Source: Thermoflexus hugenholtzii JAD2 (GTDB lineage: Bacteria; Chloroflexota; Anaerolineae; J036; Brachytrichaceae). From it: a DNA stretch of 36,367 nt. The position numbers were made by a program, and so were the translations under genes. Every line of letters starts with the position of its first letter. Position 1 is the stretch's first letter. Shown one piece after another: positions 14,969 to 23,971 of this stretch. Location of the stretch: the NCBI GenBank assembly GCA_945877855.1, contig CAMDWA010000028.1, positions 1-36,367 of the forward strand, written 5' to 3'. The notes below the pieces were generated by a model. It ran no database searches and had not been told where the DNA came from. It saw only the letters and a program-made list of their open reading frames with translations.

Positions 14969-17839
14969 TTAACCGGAGGCCCGAGCGGAGAATCGGGGCG
15001 CACTACTCACCAAACGAAAACCGTCGTTGCTGTCACGGATGTCTACATGGGAGTCGTCACGGACCGCCGCCCGCGCATCCGTATCATAGTTATACCACGA
15101 CCCGCCGCGCACGACCCGCTTTTTTATATTTTCTATACTTGGGTCTTCACGTTCCAAATTCGCCTGATATGGATACGCTAAGTAAGCACTGCTCGTCCAT
15201 TCCCACACATTACCGCATAAATCGCTAATGCCTTCAGGCGTTTCGCCCTCGGCAAAGAGACCAATCGGGGTGGTGCGACGAATATGACGCTCGAACGTAT
15301 TGCATTGACTGGCTTCAAATTTTTCGCCATACGCATAGGCACGCGCCCGCCCGCGCCGGTCAGGTTGACCCCGCGCTGCGGCCTCCCACTGCGCTTCGCT
15401 CGGCAAAACATAGCGGCTGCCAATTTGGGCACTCAGCCACAAACCATAGGCCCGCGCCTCATGCCAACATACCCCCACCACCGGCTGGCTGGGCTGGTTA
15501 AAGGCGCTGTCTTCCCAAAACCGCGGCTGCAGCGGCACCTCACCCATCGGAAAGGTTTTAGCCAACCACGCTTCAAAGGCCTCATCACTCCAATTGCGAA
15601 GCGTATGCCAAGCTCGCGCTTGGGTTGAGGTGCAGCGTTGTTGCGCCAATAAATGGTCGATATAGTCCTCCTCCCAGCTTTTTATAGCTTGTCTGCTGCT
15701 TCGCCAGCCCTCGCGCTGGCCTGCCACCGCACCTTCGGGGGTGCGAAAATAGCTTGCGGCTGGCGTATCCCACCAACGGGCATCGCTATAACCACCCGCA
15801 CGCATAAAACAAGCAAATTCGGCATTGGTGACCGGAAACTTACCCATGCGAAATGCATCCAACTTGACGCGGTGCACATGCTTAGCATTATCATACGACT
15901 GGTCTTGGTCGCCCAGCACATAGTCACCGGCCTCAATGGCGATCATGGGCGGCAACAGATATTCATGCCCCAGCTTGCCCATGCGCCGCTCAAAACGCGG
16001 GTCGCCCAGCCCCCCCAACGCCTCACCGGCGGCAATCCGCGCCCGTAGGTCGGCGTTGCGGTCTTGGCTGCGGGCAATCAAGCCTTGCTGCAACTCGTGC
16101 AACAAGGTGGTCGCCAGCTTGGGCTTGACCTGCGCCGCCACCTCGGCCGCCAACGGCAAGTTGAGCGGCATCAGGCTGGCAATCAGCGCATTCGGCTGCT
16201 CACTCAGTTGGGCCGCCAATTTCAGCGTTTCGGCCCAGCCGCTGCGATCGAGCGGCGGCAATGGCTCATAATCTTGGGCGGTTGCCAGCCACTGCGCCAA
16301 ACTCGGCTGCACCGCCTCGGCCTGCCACGCAATCGCCGCCAGCGGCGCATCAAATTGGCGGGCCGCACGGCGGGCCGCAAAAAATTCTTGCAGCAATTGA
16401 TGATAAAACCAAAACTCCTCGCGTTGGCGATCTTCATCTAGCACCGTCAGGGCCACGCCTGCCGTCAGCACCTCGCGCGCCCGTGGGTGTTGCAACACGT
16501 CGCAGGCGCGGGCTTCGTCCAACGTCACCCGCCCACCCGCGCCAGCCAGCCCTTGGCATTGCATGGCATAGGCCAATTCGCTTAGCTTGGGCATGAGCAA
16601 CCCGCGTTCGGGCAAACGCAGGTTGGTTTGGGTATCAACACGGGTGACATCTTCACGGTCACGCAGGTCGAATAGCGCTTCGTCCAGCAGCAGTGCATTC
16701 TTGCCCTCCACCTCGCGGCGGGCGGCGCGCCGCACCAGCTCGGCAAATAACTCGGCGCGGCTAGCCGGAATTTGCCCGGCCCGCTCATTCACCAAATCGC
16801 ACAATATTTTGGCGAAATAAGGCGTGGCATATAACGCAAGTTGCTCAGGCTGGTCCTTGATCTTGCCCCATATCGCAGCGGCGTGTTTGGGCGTATGTTG
16901 CTGCAAAAACGCCTCAAGCTGAACCGCATTGAGCACCTTCAGCGTGATCTGGCGCACATCCACATCGTCTTTCACGCTTAGGGTTTGGCTATAGTCGAGG
17001 CTGCGGCAGGTAAACACGGCGCGATTGCCCGATGGCAGGTCATCGCGCAAAAAATCGCGCCAGCGTTCCACCTGTTTGCCATATACCGCCCCGTTTGGGT
17101 GTGGCATCTCGTTCAGTGCATCCAACAACAGCAACACACACCCTTGCGCCAAAAAATAATCGAGCGGCGGCAGGGTGACATGAAAGCGCTTCAGCGTTTG
17201 CTGCCATTGTTGCGCCAGCCACTCGGCTGGGTCGGGCGCGTCGGGCGTGTATTTGTTGAGTGTAACAAACAATGTCACACTCAGCTGGGGTTGGTCTGCC
17301 GCCAAATACTCGGTCGCGCTTTGCCATTGCAGGCGGCGCAGCAAGGTGGTTTTGCCGCCGCCCGGCACCCCCAGCAGCACCAGCGACGGGTCGGTGATTT
17401 CCGCATCCGCCAGAACCTCGCTCAGGTCTTGGTAATCGTGGTCGCGCTCGGCAAAGCTCAGGCTGGTGTCGGTTTTTTGGCGGTCGAGCAGCCGCATCCG
17501 CACAAAACGGGTGTCAATTTGGCGCTTTTGGGCCAAATCTTTCGCCACTGCGCGATGATATGCCGTCAATGCGGCTTGGGTGGCGGCGGGGTCGGGCGCG
17601 GGTTGGGCATCGGCAAAGCTGATATTCGGGCGGGCCTCACGCACGGCTTGCAGTAATTTGGCATAATCGCCACGCGATTCGCAATGCTTAATCAAGTTCA
17701 TGGCGAACTTGGGTTGGGTATTGCGCTCAAAATCCTCGTCTCCAATCCCCAACTCAAAACACAACAGTTCGAGTTCGTCTGTTTTGAAATGCGCCTTCAA
17801 TGCCGCATAAAGTTGTTGCTGGGTTGGGGTATGGGGCAT
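14969..17839 (-). CDS. STAND NTPase: N-terminal death-like/effector-associated helical domain, NACHT P-loop NTPase, HEAT-like repeats and a C-terminal FGE-sulfatase (SUMF1-like, C-type-lectin fold) domain
   Basis: Walker A LLGVPGGGKTTLL, a NACHT-type Walker B LLLLDALNEM, and a HEAT-like AAGEALGGLGDPR. FGE motifs: HRVKLDAFRMGKFPVTNAEF, GNVWEWTSS, RVVRGGSW...GFRLV. The N-terminus carries LxxALKAHFxxxELELLCFELGIGDEDF. Confidence 0.8.
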   Translation of the reverse strand: MPHTPTQQQLYAALKAHFKTDELELLCFELGIGDEDFERNTQPKFAMNLIKHCESRGDYAKLLQAVREARPNISFADAQPAPDPAATQAALTAYHRAVAKDLAQKRQIDTRFVRMRLLDRQKTDTSLSFAERDHDYQDLSEVLADAEITDPSLVLLGVPGGGKTTLLRRLQWQSATEYLAADQPQLSVTLFVTLNKYTPDAPDPAEWLAQQWQQTLKRFHVTLPPLDYFLAQGCVLLLLDALNEMPHPNGAVYGKQVERWRDFLRDDLPSGNRAVFTCRSLDYSQTLSVKDDVDVRQITLKVLNAVQLEAFLQQHTPKHAAAIWGKIKDQPEQLALYATPYFAKILCDLVNERAGQIPASRAELFAELVRRAARREVEGKNALLLDEALFDLRDREDVTRVDTQTNLRLPERGLLMPKLSELAYAMQCQGLAGAGGRVTLDEARACDVLQHPRAREVLTAGVALTVLDEDRQREEFWFYHQLLQEFFAARRAARQFDAPLAAIAWQAEAVQPSLAQWLATAQDYEPLPPLDRSGWAETLKLAAQLSEQPNALIASLMPLNLPLAAEVAAQVKPKLATTLLHELQQGLIARSQDRNADLRARIAAGEALGGLGDPRFERRMGKLGHEYLLPPMIAIEAGDYVLGDQDQSYDNAKHVHRVKLDAFRMGKFPVTNAEFACFMRAGGYSDARWWDTPAASYFRTPEGAVAGQREGWRSSRQAIKSWEEDYIDHLLAQQRCTSTQARAWHTLRNWSDEAFEAWLAKTFPMGEVPLQPRFWEDSAFNQPSQPVVGVCWHEARAYGLWLSAQIGSRYVLPSEAQWEAAARGQPDRRGRARAYAYGEKFEASQCNTFERHIRRTTPIGLFAEGETPEGISDLCGNVWEWTSSAYLAYPYQANLEREDPSIENIKKRVVRGGSWYNYDTDARAAVRDDSHVDIRDSNDGFRLVSSAPRFSARASG
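14995..15112 (-). other. Putative DGR variable region (VR) at the C-terminus of the FGE domain
   Basis: RGGSW-YNYDTDARAAVRDDSHVDIRDSNDGFRLV. The scaffold positions match the canonical FGE-type template pattern RGGSWNNN..AR.A.R......GFR, and the variable codons are mostly NNC/NNT (tat aac tat gat...gac tcc cat gta gac atc cgt gac agc aac gac), as expected for AAC/AAT-derived mutagenesis. Confidence 0.5.
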
Positions 17840-17847
17840 GGCGTGAG

Positions 17848-17872
17848 ATTATAGCAAGATGAGCAATGTCAA
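17848..17872 (-). promoter_or_regulatory. Consensus -35 TTGACA and -10 TATAAT hexamers (13-nt spacer) 8 nt upstream of the NACHT gene ATG
   Basis: Minus strand reads ttgaca-ttgctcatcttgc-tataat-ctcacgcc-ATG. The hexamers are perfect but the spacer is short, which would make the gene near-leaderless. Confidence 0.3.
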
Positions 17873-17882
17873 TCGCCCAAGG

Positions 17883-18272
17883 TTAAACGACTAAACGACC
17901 TTTTTGTCCATCAATAGTCAACACACGCTCTGCTATTAAATCCATACCTATCAACCCCTCCACACCTAAATTATCAGGCACAATATTTTGAGCAAGCACT
18001 GAAAATGAGGTTAGCACTAAACCCATTGTTTCAAAGCGTTGAATGGGTAATTCATAGGCTCTCAACCGCCCACCAATTCCAGACAATATCACAGTTCGTG
18101 TGCCCATTTGAGCACTGTAACCCAGCAAATCTAAAATTGCAACGTCTATGATTGATTGCGGCGAGCCAGTATCAAGAATACAGTCCAAGTAACGATCGCC
18201 ACGTGGGCCAAAAATATGGACCGTTACCCAAATAATGCCTTCAGTAAGATCGTAATCACAAGTCCACATCAT
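17883..18272 (-). CDS. Retropepsin-like (clan AA) aspartic protease
   Basis: 129 aa with the catalytic LDTGS motif and a downstream GMDLI flap-like motif, a size typical of a single-domain bacterial retropepsin. Lower local GC. Overlaps the upstream small ORF by 17 nt. Confidence 0.65.
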   Translation of the reverse strand: MMWTCDYDLTEGIIWVTVHIFGPRGDRYLDCILDTGSPQSIIDVAILDLLGYSAQMGTRTVILSGIGGRLRAYELPIQRFETMGLVLTSFSVLAQNIVPDNLGVEGLIGMDLIAERVLTIDGQKGRLVV

Positions 18273-18507
18273 TATTAATCGTCGTAAATAGGGACAATCC
18301 GTGCTTTTTACCCGTCCACAAAATCGCTGCTGACTTCAGGTCTCTTTGCTTCTCAAGAACCCGCGCATGATTTGTATCATGGGCAAAAACCACACCTCGA
18401 CTAATTTCGCCCATATTGGGCCATTCAACCTCGATCAACACCACCCACTGATTCGGGTATTGCTGTTTAATTTCGGGCCAAGTTAATAAATTTTGCTGTT
18501 TTTCCAT
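18256..18507 (-). CDS. Small hypothetical protein (83 aa) translationally coupled to the retropepsin gene
   Basis: Start set at MEKQQNLL (ATG 18507), preceded by a strong SD GGAGG 6 nt upstream. The longer track ORF (to 18567) would overlap the uvrB start. Function unknown. Confidence 0.5.
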   Translation of the reverse strand: MEKQQNLLTWPEIKQQYPNQWVVLIEVEWPNMGEISRGVVFAHDTNHARVLEKQRDLKSAAILWTGKKHGLSLFTTINNDVDL

Positions 18508-18538
18508 CGCATCCTCCCCCTCTCCAAAGTATAATATC

Positions 18539-18552
18539 GAACATAAGTTCGA
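18539..18552. promoter_or_regulatory. LexA (SOS) box of the Cheo/Gram-positive type, CGAACATAAGTTCG
   Basis: Matches CGAAC-N4-GTTCG, and matches the B. subtilis consensus CGAACRNRYGTTCG at 13 of 14 positions. Overlaps a TATAAT at 18530-18535. Ends 2 nt before the uvrB ATG and lies 32 nt upstream of the divergent small-ORF start. Confidence 0.7.
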
Positions 18553-18553
18553 T

Positions 18554-20722
18554 ATGTCAGAGTTCAAAGTCCACTCCCCTTTTCAGCCAATGGGCGACCA
18601 ACCGACCGCCATCGACGATATGGTCAAAAGCCTGAATGCAGGCAATCGCTACACCACCTTGCTCGGTGCAACCGGCACTGGCAAGACGTTTTCGGTGGCA
18701 AAAGTGATCGAGCGGGTGCAACGCCCGGCGCTGATTATGGCGCACAACAAGACCTTGGCGGCCCAACTCTATGCCGAGTTCAAAGAATTTTTCCCCGACA
18801 ACGCGGTGGAGTATTTCGTCAGTTATTACGATTATTACCAACCCGAAGCCTATGTGCCGCGTCACGACCTGTATATCGAGAAAGAATCGACCATCAATGA
18901 CGAACTTGATCGGCTGCGGCTAGCCGCCACCAGTTCGTTACTCAGTCGGCGCGATGTCATCATCGTGGCCTCGGTGTCGTGTATTTACGGCATCGGCAAC
19001 CCCGAAGATTATGGGCGCTATGTGGTCAAGCTGCACAAAGGCGAGGTGCGCCGCCGCGATATCGTGCTGCGTATGCTCATCGCCATTCAGTATGAGCGCA
19101 ACGACATCGCTTTTGCCCGCGGCAAATTTCGCGTGCGGGGCGACACGCTCGACATTTACCCAGCCTATGCCGATACCGCCTATCGGGTCGAGTTTTTTGG
19201 CGACGAGGTCGAGCGCATCGCCGAGTTTCATCCGGTCACTGGCGAAATTATCGACGATGTCGAAGCGATCGAGATTTTTCCCGCCAAACACTTCATCACG
19301 CCCCAAGACAAACTAAAGAAGGCCATTACCGAAATCGAAGCCGAGCTTGAAGAACGGGTGGCGTGGTTTAAGTCCCACGACAAACTGTTGGAGGCCCAAC
19401 GCATCGAACAACGAGTGCGTTATGACGTGGCGATGTTGCGCGAGGTTGGGCACACCACTGGTATCGAAAATTATTCGCGCATCTTAGATGGTCGCCCGAC
19501 CGGCTTCCCGCCCTTCACCCTGCTCGATTATTTCCCCGACGATTTTGTACTGATTGTGGATGAAAGCCACAACAGCTTGCCACAAATTCGCGGCATGTAT
19601 GCCGGCGACCAAGCCCGCAAGGGCGTATTGGTCGATTATGGCTTTCGTTTGCCCAGCGCAATGGATAACCGCCCGCTTAAGTTTGATGAATTTGAAACCC
19701 GTTTTCGGCAAGCCATTTTTGTCAGCGCCACCCCCGGGCCATTTGAAAAAGAAAAAAGCCAATTGGTGGCCGAGCAAGTCATTCGCCCGACCGGCCTGAT
19801 CGACCCCGTGATCGAAGTAAAACCGGTCAAAGGGCAAGTCGATGATCTCATCGCCCAAATTCGCGCCACCGTTGCCAAAAAACAACGGGTGCTGGTGACC
19901 ACGCTCACCAAACGCATGGCCGAAGACCTGACCAATTATTTGCAAGAAATTAATATCAAGGTGCAATATTTGCACAGCGAGGTCGAGACGGTCGAGCGGG
20001 TCGAGATTTTGCGCGACTTGCGCTTGGGTGAATATGACGTGGTGGTCGGCATTAACCTGTTGCGCGAAGGCTTAGACCTGCCCGAAGTGTCGCTGGTGGC
20101 GATTTTGGATGCCGATAAAGAAGGCTTTTTGCGCAGCACCACCTCGCTCATTCAAACTGTGGGCCGCGCCGCACGGCATGTCGATGGACGGGCGATTATG
20201 TATGCCGACAAAATGACCGACTCGATGAAAAATGCCATCGACGAAACCAATCGGCGACGCATCAAACAGGTGGCTTACAACACGGCGCATGACATCCAGC
20301 CAGCTTCGATCAAAAAATCGGTACGCGACCTGACCGACCGGGTGCGGGCCGATGACGATGCCCAAGAAGCGCTACCCGAAGGCGAATATCGATCCCCCGG
20401 CGCTGAGTTTCGCCGCGCCGCCCAAGCCTTGCGTGAAACCGCTGGCAAACGGGTGTCTGATATGCCAAAAGAAGCCGCGCAACAACTGATGGCCGATTTA
20501 GAGGCGCAAATGAAGCAAGCCGCCAAAGACCTCGAATTTGAAAAGGCCGCTGCCCTGCGTGATCAAATCATGGAACTGCGCCAACGGGTGCTGGGTGTAG
20601 ACCCAAATGCCCCAGCTTGGGAGCAAGCCCGCAAAGGGATTGACGTAGAAGATAAATCGCCCGCCCAAAAGTCGAAGGGCGATGTGCAATATAAACCCAA
20701 ACGGGTGGGTCGAGGGCGTTAA
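18554..20722 (+). CDS. uvrB: Excinuclease ABC subunit B
   Basis: 722 aa; N-terminus [22 protein letters not shown] aligns with UvrB. Has Walker A GATGTGKT, helicase motifs, and a C-terminal UVR domain ([18 protein letters not shown]) followed by a basic tail. Confidence 0.95.
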   Translation: MSEFKVHSPFQPMGDQPTAIDDMVKSLNAGNRYTTLLGATGTGKTFSVAKVIERVQRPALIMAHNKTLAAQLYAEFKEFFPDNAVEYFVSYYDYYQPEAYVPRHDLYIEKESTINDELDRLRLAATSSLLSRRDVIIVASVSCIYGIGNPEDYGRYVVKLHKGEVRRRDIVLRMLIAIQYERNDIAFARGKFRVRGDTLDIYPAYADTAYRVEFFGDEVERIAEFHPVTGEIIDDVEAIEIFPAKHFITPQDKLKKAITEIEAELEERVAWFKSHDKLLEAQRIEQRVRYDVAMLREVGHTTGIENYSRILDGRPTGFPPFTLLDYFPDDFVLIVDESHNSLPQIRGMYAGDQARKGVLVDYGFRLPSAMDNRPLKFDEFETRFRQAIFVSATPGPFEKEKSQLVAEQVIRPTGLIDPVIEVKPVKGQVDDLIAQIRATVAKKQRVLVTTLTKRMAEDLTNYLQEINIKVQYLHSEVETVERVEILRDLRLGEYDVVVGINLLREGLDLPEVSLVAILDADKEGFLRSTTSLIQTVGRAARHVDGRAIMYADKMTDSMKNAIDETNRRRIKQVAYNTAHDIQPASIKKSVRDLTDRVRADDDAQEALPEGEYRSPGAEFRRAAQALRETAGKRVSDMPKEAAQQLMADLEAQMKQAAKDLEFEKAAALRDQIMELRQRVLGVDPNAPAWEQARKGIDVEDKSPAQKSKGDVQYKPKRVGRGR

Positions 20723-20805
20723 TCATCCGATCGATAACCAACGGCCTTCACAACCAATTTTCGCAAAAACGTATAAGGATCAAAATGATAAAAAAATTAT
20801 CCTGT

Positions 20806-20868
20806 CCATCCTGCCTATCCATGTGCATAACCCTATAAAACATGGATAGGCAGGATGGGCAAGATAAG
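20806..20868. terminator. 18-bp perfect inverted repeat (ccatcctgcctatccatg / catggataggcaggatgg) with a 27-nt loop between convergent uvrB and the NuoN-like gene
   Basis: Read directly. The loop is unusually long for an intrinsic terminator, so this could instead be a protein-binding palindrome or a mini-element. Confidence 0.4.
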
Positions 20869-20891
20869 AACCTTACACAAAAAGTGCAAAA

Positions 20892-22541
20892 TTAGCGATA
20901 AAAGCTAAATAGGCGGCTCAATGAAGCCGCCATTGTGGTGAAAATAACGGGCGACATGCCAAAATAAAAAATAGCCAGCGAGATGATCACCGGCAAAGAA
21001 ATGGCTAACGGCGCAATACGCTCAGCCAAGGTTTCAGCCACATTAACCTGCGGTTGAGGCTCAACCACAGGTTGAGGCTCATTCAAAGCACCCATTTCAT
21101 TCGCTGCTAAAGGCATTTCTTGCGATAGCACTTCGGTCATTGGCATGGCCTCGGTTGGCATCGCTTCAAAAGCGCTCGGCGCAGGGGCATTGAGCGCCGC
21201 CACTTCGTTGATGGGCGGTTTGGCCACATCAGCAGGGTTGGCAGATTGGGCTTGCGGGGTAGATTTGGGTTTTTCTGAGATCAATGCCGACACACCGCGC
21301 AAAAAACCAATGCCAACACTGGCAAACGCCACCAACAAGCCAACCGCCAATTCGGTATCGGTGCTAGCAATGGTACGCGCTTGCACCCAACGGGTGACAA
21401 AGCCAATGCTGCCCGGCAAACCGCTCAGCGACATGCCCCCGGCACAAATCGCCAACGCCGCCAACCGTGCGCTGGTTCCGGTGCGGGCTGCGCCCATCAA
21501 CTCAGCAAAATCATCATCACGGGCTTTGCCGCGCAAAATGGCTAACCCAATCGCCACCGCCCCCAACGACAACGTCAGCGAAACCACATTTAACGCCACC
21601 GCCTCGACCGACTGATGCACATGTTGATTAAGCATGAGCAAATTTGCCCCAATATCGACACTCAGGGCGCTGGCGATTAAACGGCTAAACGACATTTGTG
21701 CCCATGCCAACGCCCCACCGACCACAATCATGATCAAACTAACCGCAACAATATAGGTATTGCCATCTAAATTACGAAACCATGACAACTCTTGTTTAAG
21801 CGCCAAATAAAAAAATGAGATCGTGCCGCTACAGACCGTAGCAATAAAGGCCGTCGTTAAGGGTGGAGCATCATTTGCCACCAAATGCGTCCACGTAAAC
21901 AAGGGGAAAGCCCCCAACAACAATACAAATCCGCCGCCCAAAAAGATGCTAGCGTTGTCAAACAGCACTGCAGCGGCCTCTTCGGTCAGGCCGCTGGCAT
22001 TGGCCTGATTAAAATAATAACCAGCCCCTAAAAATGCAGGCAAGGCGAGGGTGCTTAAAATCAAATAACGCATCGCGCCATGCGTGCTACGTTCGCCAAT
22101 ATGCTCAGCTTGAATCATGATGGCGACTAAGGCCGCCGCAATGACAAACAACAAGCCGCTATAGGCAAAGGGGCGAATCATCAACCCCGCGCTCATGATA
22201 GACAACACACAGAGCCCCAATGGAATAAATGTGCGGCCTTGCGAAGTGCGCCACGACAACGCAAATAAGATCATGGCACATAAAAATATCATCGAAAGTG
22301 CAATTTGATCGTAAGCATGCATCCGCAGCGTAACGCCCAAAAATTCGATGGGGCGGCCTAAATCGAGTGTGCCGATCAACAAATTATTGCTGCGGTCGTA
22401 AGGCAACAGCAGCACCCCGACAACCAAGCCACAGGCCAACAGGCCCATTAAAACCTCGAGGCTGCGCCGTTGCCGAAAAACATAGGCGGGCAACGCCGTT
22501 AATAATGGCAAAAGGAGCACAAGAATCGAACCGGAAATCAT
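20892..22541 (-). CDS. NuoN/NuoM/MnhD-like proton-antiporter-family membrane protein with a low-complexity C-terminal tail
   Basis: Multi-TM protein; the middle region (FPLFTWTHLVANDAPPLTTAFIATV) resembles the Proton_antipo_M fold. Its ~140-aa P/E/A-rich tail ends in a final TM helix. No other complex I genes are adjacent. Confidence 0.45.
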   Translation of the reverse strand: MISGSILVLLLPLLTALPAYVFRQRRSLEVLMGLLACGLVVGVLLLPYDRSNNLLIGTLDLGRPIEFLGVTLRMHAYDQIALSMIFLCAMILFALSWRTSQGRTFIPLGLCVLSIMSAGLMIRPFAYSGLLFVIAAALVAIMIQAEHIGERSTHGAMRYLILSTLALPAFLGAGYYFNQANASGLTEEAAAVLFDNASIFLGGGFVLLLGAFPLFTWTHLVANDAPPLTTAFIATVCSGTISFFYLALKQELSWFRNLDGNTYIVAVSLIMIVVGGALAWAQMSFSRLIASALSVDIGANLLMLNQHVHQSVEAVALNVVSLTLSLGAVAIGLAILRGKARDDDFAELMGAARTGTSARLAALAICAGGMSLSGLPGSIGFVTRWVQARTIASTDTELAVGLLVAFASVGIGFLRGVSALISEKPKSTPQAQSANPADVAKPPINEVAALNAPAPSAFEAMPTEAMPMTEVLSQEMPLAANEMGALNEPQPVVEPQPQVNVAETLAERIAPLAISLPVIISLAIFYFGMSPVIFTTMAASLSRLFSFYR

Positions 22542-23194
22542 AAAACGAGCGGCTCGCTATCGGCAAGCGTAAGATAAGCGATGGCAATCCCCACAATTAA
22601 CGAAATTAAACCGATCATGACGCTAACCCCGACGTTGGGCAATACCGCAATATAACCCAATTCGACCCCCGAAATAAACATGAGCAACCCAATGCCAATA
22701 TTCAGCGCTTCAGGGGTGGTTGCAATAATAAATAGGCCACAGGCAATTAATACATAAGCGGCAAAATGCAATTCGCGGGCATTGCCCGGCAATGGGAAAC
22801 GGGTGGTAGCCCCGAAGGCCGCTGTTAAGACCAATAACAATGCCACCGCCCGCAACAATACTTGGGCTGGCACACTACGCCATGCCACCATGCGAATGCG
22901 TTCAACGGCGATCGATTCACCGCGTTGGGCACGCATATCATCGGCGCGTTGGGCCGCGATGCTAAGCGCAAATGACACCAAGGCCCCCGAAATAAGTTTG
23001 ATCAGCGCCAAGCTGGGTTGAATCGAGCGGGCCATTAGCAACCCCACTAAAACATATTGTGCAATTAAAATGGGCAGTGTAAGCCGCCAGTTTCGCACAA
23101 GCACAATACCAGTAGCGCTGGCAACCAGCGACAGCAATAATGGCGTAATCGCCAAGCGCGATAACTGCTCGATCAGTGCGATCACATCATTCAT
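22538..23194 (-). CDS. Hypothetical polytopic membrane protein, stop/start coupled (ATGA) to the NuoN-like gene
   Basis: 218 aa with about 6 hydrophobic helices. No recognisable motif. Confidence 0.45.
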   Translation of the reverse strand: MNDVIALIEQLSRLAITPLLLSLVASATGIVLVRNWRLTLPILIAQYVLVGLLMARSIQPSLALIKLISGALVSFALSIAAQRADDMRAQRGESIAVERIRMVAWRSVPAQVLLRAVALLLVLTAAFGATTRFPLPGNARELHFAAYVLIACGLFIIATTPEALNIGIGLLMFISGVELGYIAVLPNVGVSVMIGLISLIVGIAIAYLTLADSEPLVL

Positions 23195-23371
23195 GTTGTA
23201 AGATGATTATAAGTCATGTGGCATTTCAGTCATGCGAGGATAAACGAGGGTTTGACGATTATTAAAAGATAGACCAAGCAAGAGAAAAATCGGCGCAAAT
23301 CGCATTTTTATACCTATCTTAGTATAAAAGCTGTGATACTTTTGCGATTGCCACGTATATTTATTTAGAAC

Positions 23372-23971
23372 ATGGTTGGAAACATTCCTTTCCTTAATCG
23401 CCTCGGCGTATTTGGCAGCCAACAACGGGCCGCCCGTAACCCTAAGATTGATTGGGAGGCTATTTATGCCGATCAATTGCCAAAGGTGTATAACTTTTTT
23501 CGTTACCGCGTGAACGATGATGCCTTGGCCCAAGACATGACCGCCGCCACATTTGAAAAAGCATGGCGAGCGCGTGATCGTTATCGCAGTGATTTGGCAG
23601 GCTTTTCAACATGGTTATTCAGCATTGCGCGTAATGTTGCCAATGACCATTTTAGACAAGCCCAAGCCAATGCACTCAGCGCAACGGCATCGTTAGATGA
23701 AATTGGCGAGGTGTCAACTGAACTCTCGACTGACGACATTGCCCAACAACGGGCCGATTTGCGCCAATTGGCCCGCTTGCTCAGCCAATTAGATCAGCGC
23801 GAACGCGAATTATTGGCGCTGAAATTTGGCGCTGGGCTGACCAATCGTGCCATTGCTGGCCTGATGTCACTCAGCGAATCAAATGTCGGAACCATTACCA
23901 ATCGCCTGATGCAGCGATTAAGAACGGCATGGGACCAACCCACCCCAACTAAAAAAGGAGATTCCCAATGA
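23372..23971 (+). CDS. ECF (group 4) sigma-70 factor
   Basis: Region 2 (ATFEKAWRARDRY...FSTWLFSIARN) and region 4 (RERELLALKFGAGLTNRAIAGLMSLSESNVGTITNR) are both present. Confidence 0.8.
   Translation: MVGNIPFLNRLGVFGSQQRAARNPKIDWEAIYADQLPKVYNFFRYRVNDDALAQDMTAATFEKAWRARDRYRSDLAGFSTWLFSIARNVANDHFRQAQANALSATASLDEIGEVSTELSTDDIAQQRADLRQLARLLSQLDQRERELLALKFGAGLTNRAIAGLMSLSESNVGTITNRLMQRLRTAWDQPTPTKKGDSQ

Noticed and set aside
13646-15003. ORFs of 84-154 aa on both strands inside the repeat array (13646..14065, 13821..14075, 14137..14436, 14539..15003, 14597..14947)
   Set aside because: The repeat period (130-133 bp) is not a multiple of 3, so no frame is kept across units. These are open frames in GC-rich repetitive DNA, not genes.
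20892-23194. Part of a respiratory complex I (nuo) operon
   Set aside because: Only a single NuoN/MnhD-like protein plus one small membrane protein are present, with no flanking nuo or mrp genes. Treated as a stand-alone antiporter-like module of unknown role.
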